Shown: piece by piece, positions 60,455 to 64,000 of the stretch
Numbering within the stretch: the stretch's first letter is position 1
How the letters are laid out: each line of letters starts with the position of its first letter
Source of the DNA: Octopus sinensis
Taxonomy: Eukaryota
Assembly (NCBI RefSeq): GCF_006345805.1
Contig: NC_043015.1
Span: 39,804,001-39,868,000 of the forward strand
Length of the DNA stretch: 64,000 nucleotides
Reading direction: 5' to 3'
Made by a program: the position numbers and the translations under genes
Notes under the pieces: model-generated
Databases searched by the model: none
What the model was told of the DNA's origin: nothing
What the model saw: only the letters and a program-made list of their open reading frames with translations

Positions 60455-60876
60455 ATTTTAACAAATATATTTACCAAAATTACAGAAAAATATTTTGAAA
60501 TACTAAAGAGTAAATTTATTCCATAAAATCGCCATTGGCTTCAACCACAGCCTCCAGATGACTTTGGAATCTTCTGCAACTCTTCTGGATGGTCTCCTTG
60601 TTTAAGTTGGTGAATGCTGTCATAACCCTTGCCTTTGGTTCATTTTGGTTTCTCATGTTGGTCTCTTACTCATCAACTGCACCCAACACATAACAATCAA
60701 AGGGGTTGCAGTCTGGGGAGTTAGGTGGCCAGATGTTAGGGGTGATGTGGTCGCAGAAATTGTCTGACAACCCTGACTGGGTTCTCCTACTTGTGTGGCA
60801 TGGTGCAGAGTCCTGTTGCCAGGCATAGGGTCTTCCAGCAGCCACTCTCTTGACCCAGGGCAGCACTGCCTCCACT
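60455..60876 (-). mobile_element. maT-like (DD37D) transposase 3' fragment
   Basis: WQQDSAPCHTS...IWPPNSPDCNPFD (37 residues D to D), then ...CRRFQSHLEAVVEANGDFME*. Confidence 0.85.
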
Positions 60877-60892
60877 GACCCTGCTACACTGT

Positions 60893-60939
<47 letters not shown>

Positions 60940-61593
60940 TGGCAAAATCAAAACAAACAATGCTCATGCGGGAAAATAAAAATATAAAATGACAACAATT
61001 TACCTATTGCATTCTGTATATATACATATATGTGAAGGTGCATGGCCTAATGGTTAGGGTGTGGTACTCGTGAAAGCTTGATCATGGGTTCAATTCCTGG
61101 ACCAGGCAGTGGGTTATGTTCTTGAACAAAGCACTTCATTTCATGTTGTTCCAGTTCACTCAGTTGTGAAAGGGTAACTCTCTAATGGAATTATCTTCCA
61201 GTCAGGTGGAATGATGGCCTGCTCCCCTAGCCAGCATGATGGCTTCAGTCGTCGCATTGTGACCAGTGATGTATAACAACATCCCATAGTCTGGTCAATA
61301 CCATGATGTATACACACACATACAAACAGATGCATTTTTTTAATGTTTTCTTTTCTACGATGGTATAGATTGAACAGGTTGTCTTGAAGCAAGGTTCCTA
61401 GCCAGAAGCTCTTCCTGTTACCAACCATTTTATTCTGCTCTTGTGGCATGCAAGAATACAGTGTGCCTATCCTAAAAACAGAGATGCACCCATATATGTA
61501 CGTGTGTGTGTGTGACTGTATGTTTGTGCATTTGGAATGTTCTGTAATAAAAGTTCTGAAGTCTTGACTCGTACCATTTTATTATTCTTTCAG

Positions 61594-61809
61594 AAAACCA
61601 ACTTCCCATTAGAGGTGAAAGATTTAACAAAACGCATCCGTACAGTCCTAATGGCCACAGCCCAACTTAAAGAACACGAAAAAAACCCTGAGATGTTAGT
61701 AGATCTACAATATTGCTTGGCTAAATCTTATGCCAGTACCCCAGAACTGAGGAAAACTTGGCTGGAATCCATGGCAAAGGCTCACTTACGAACAAAAGAT
61801 TACTCCGAG
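61594..61809 (+). CDS. DOCK9: DOCK9-like exon 30 (approach to DHR2), phase 0-0
   Basis: tttcag|AAAACC...TCCGAG|gttagt; [61 protein letters not shown]... Confidence 0.96.
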
Positions 61810-61950
61810 GTTAGTTTCATTCCTGATTCTGCTTTAGTCTTTTACTGAGACAACGGTAAATTAATATCGGAATATAGTTCTGTGTTTATTGACTGAGAGG
61901 AGAGAAGCCATCTCTACGTTGTTCTTCTTGTTAAGGTATTTGTTCTGGAT

Positions 61951-62173
61951 AAGGCGGTGAGCTGGCAGAAACGTTAGAACGCCAGGCGAAATGCTGAGCG
62001 GTATTTCGTCTACTGCTACATTCTGAGTTCAAATTCCGCCGAGGTCAACTTTGCCTTTCATCCTTTCAGGGTCGATTAAATAAGTACCAGTTACGCACTG
62101 GGGTCGATGTAATCGACTTAATCTATTTGTTTGTCCTGTCTGTGTTTAGCTCCTTGTGGGTAGTAAAGAGATG
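61951..62173 (+). mobile_element. Full-length SINE, family A, with ~14-bp TSD
   Basis: GGTATTTGTTCTGG at 61935-61948 and 62174-62187. Confidence 0.88.
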
Positions 62174-62309
62174 GGTATTTGTTCTGGTTATTCATGTCGT
62201 GAGTTCAAATCCTGCCAAAGCCAACTTTCCCTGTCATAATATTTGCTGGCCCTCCGGCTTAAATCAGAAACCACCATTTCAGATTGGCAACCTGGCAGTT
62301 TAGATTAAT

Positions 62310-62712
62310 GTCATCATCATCATCATTTTCATGTCCGTTTTCCATGCTAGCATGGTGCTGATGTACTTGACTCAATAGGTCTCCTCAAGAACAGCGGGTA
62401 ACTCTACGATCCAAGGTTAGCACAGCAGGCCATCCTGCGAGCCATAAACTCACTTCATTTGTCGAGGTCTTCACAGTCACGGCATATCTCAAAGGTCTCG
62501 GTCTTCGTCATTTCCTCTGTGAGGCCCTACATGCCACCGGCACGGGTATGACAACTACAATATCCATACAATTTTTATTTTGATGTTGATGAACTTGACA
62601 CAATAGGCCTCCTCAAGCGCAGCAGGCCGTCCTTCAAGCCATGAACTCACTTCAGTTGTTGGGTCTTCGAAGTCACAGCATATCTGCAGAGGTCTCGGTC
62701 TTTCGTCATAGC
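62310..62712 (-). mobile_element. Rearranged RTE 3' end fragments
   Basis: (CAT)n + GTCCGTTTTCCATGCTAGCATG, then two copies of the CAATAGGTCTCCTCAAG...GGTCTCGGTC segment seen at 33400-33550. Confidence 0.6.
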
Positions 62713-63142
62713 CTCTTTAATGTGTCCATAAAAATGTTGTTCTCTGTTTGTTCTGGCTTTTTTATATATTCTGAGTCCAAATCCTGCTGAGGTCAACTTT
62801 GCCTTTCATCCCCACCTGGGGCCCAATGAAATAAGTACTTGTCAAGTACTACAGTCAAGAGTATCAACTTACCCACTCCTGTCAAAATTGCTAACCCTTG
62901 TGCGTAACTCAAAACCAATTGTTGTTGTTGTTGTTAGGGTGGTAAGCTGGGCAAAACGCTTAACAGCATTTCATCCATTCCGAGTTCAAATTCACTGGGG
63001 GCGACTTTGCTTTTCATCCTTCTGGGCTCAGTAAAATAAATACCAGTTGACCACTGGGGGTCGACATAATCAGCTTAACCATCTTCCTCAAAACTGCTGG
63101 CCTTGTGCCACAGTTTGAAACCGTTGTTGTTGTTGTTATTAC

Positions 63143-63186
<44 letters not shown>

Positions 63187-63290
63187 TCATCATCATTATT
63201 ATTATTATATAGAGCCCTTGTGGCCAATAAAAGAATTGTTATTATTATTATTACTATTATTGTTGTTGTTGTTTCTCCCTTGTTTCCCAG

Positions 63291-63348
63291 GCTGCGCATT
63301 GCTACCTTCATATAAGTGCACTTGTTTCAGAATATTTGAGACGGAGGG
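63291..63348 (+). CDS. DOCK9: DOCK9-like exon 31 (DHR2 N-terminal part), phase 0-1
   Basis: tcccag|GCTGCG...AGGG|gtaagt; AAHCYLHISALVSEYLRRR. Confidence 0.94.
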
Positions 63349-63828
63349 GTAAGTCACGTTTTATTTTCCTCTTTGTTTATTTTCGGTTGATTTTTGTTTT
63401 TTCTAAGTTTGATTACTTTCATACTCTTTAATAATTAATTAACAACTTTGTACCAAGGCCTGTCTTGTGCCCCCAAAACTGAACCAATAACTTTCTGCAT
63501 ATTTTTAACCAAAATTAATTTTTCTAATGAAAACAATGGCTGCAGTTGTTTGCAAAAGGCATTTCTATAATCTGTTGCCTCTTATTGTTATCAGTACTGC
63601 AATAGATATTGTTATCATCATCATCATCATAGATTCCTAGTTGTAGCCGATTCACACAAATTTGAGAATTTCTGTGTATTTTAGAAACTAATTTAATTAG
63701 TTTAATACTTGTTTATAATTAAAGAAATCTTCTTTTTTTTTTTTTGTATAGAAGCCATTATTGTTATTATTATTATTATTAAGGTAGCGAGCTGGCAGAA
63801 TTGTTAGCAACCTGGACAAAATCCATTT

Positions 63829-63865
<37 letters not shown>

Positions 63866-64000
63866 ATACATACACACACACGCGCACACACATGTTGGGC
63901 TTCTTTCAGTTTCCGTTTACCAAATCCACTCATGAGGCTTTGGTCAGCCCGAGGTTATAGTAGAAGGCACTTGCCCAAGGTGCCACGCAGTGGGACTGAA

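Larger units (their letters stand above)
3185..63348 (+). other. DOCK9: Gene span (internal part, both ends outside window) of a DOCK-D subfamily dedicator of cytokinesis (DOCK9/10/11-like, zizimin) Cdc42 GEF
   Basis: 31 AG/GT-bounded exons with mutually compatible phases sum to 3892 nt (1297 codons +1). Translation is colinear with DOCK9 motifs as I recall them: EPFF, IEKVLQG, RMPFAW, YPxx[90 protein letters not shown]. Confidence 0.95.

Overview
AT-rich, microsatellite-dense animal genomic DNA. The SINE/RTE repertoire points to a coleoid cephalopod, most likely Octopus (inference). The window is the internal part of one plus-strand DOCK-D family (DOCK9/10/11, zizimin-like) Cdc42 GEF gene. 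I traced 31 GT-AG exons from 3185 to 63348 that splice into one open frame of 1297 codons. They cover the pre-DHR1 region, the DHR1/C2 domain, the armadillo-like middle and the start of DHR2; start and stop codons lie outside the window. Two extra frame-preserving candidate exons were found: 54 nt at 19343 and a 15-nt microexon at 36762. Introns hold a 5'-truncated, disrupted RTE LINE, many RTE 3' tails, three tRNA-derived SINE families, Tc1/mariner relics (DD36E, DD34D, DD37D), hAT- and piggyBac-type MITEs, minisatellites and a ~1 kb tandem duplication. The most striking unexplained signal is four small (TA)n-embedded elements at ~3.6, 4.1, 29.3 and 59.8 kb. They carry minimal type I hammerhead ribozyme cores (CUGANGA-stem II-GAAA-palindromic stem III-GUA), and three are folded back into near-perfect DNA palindromes, as expected for non-autonomous Penelope-like/retrozyme elements. 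Almost all ORFs in the supplied track are microsatellite or repeat artefacts. All assignments were made by eye, without database searches.
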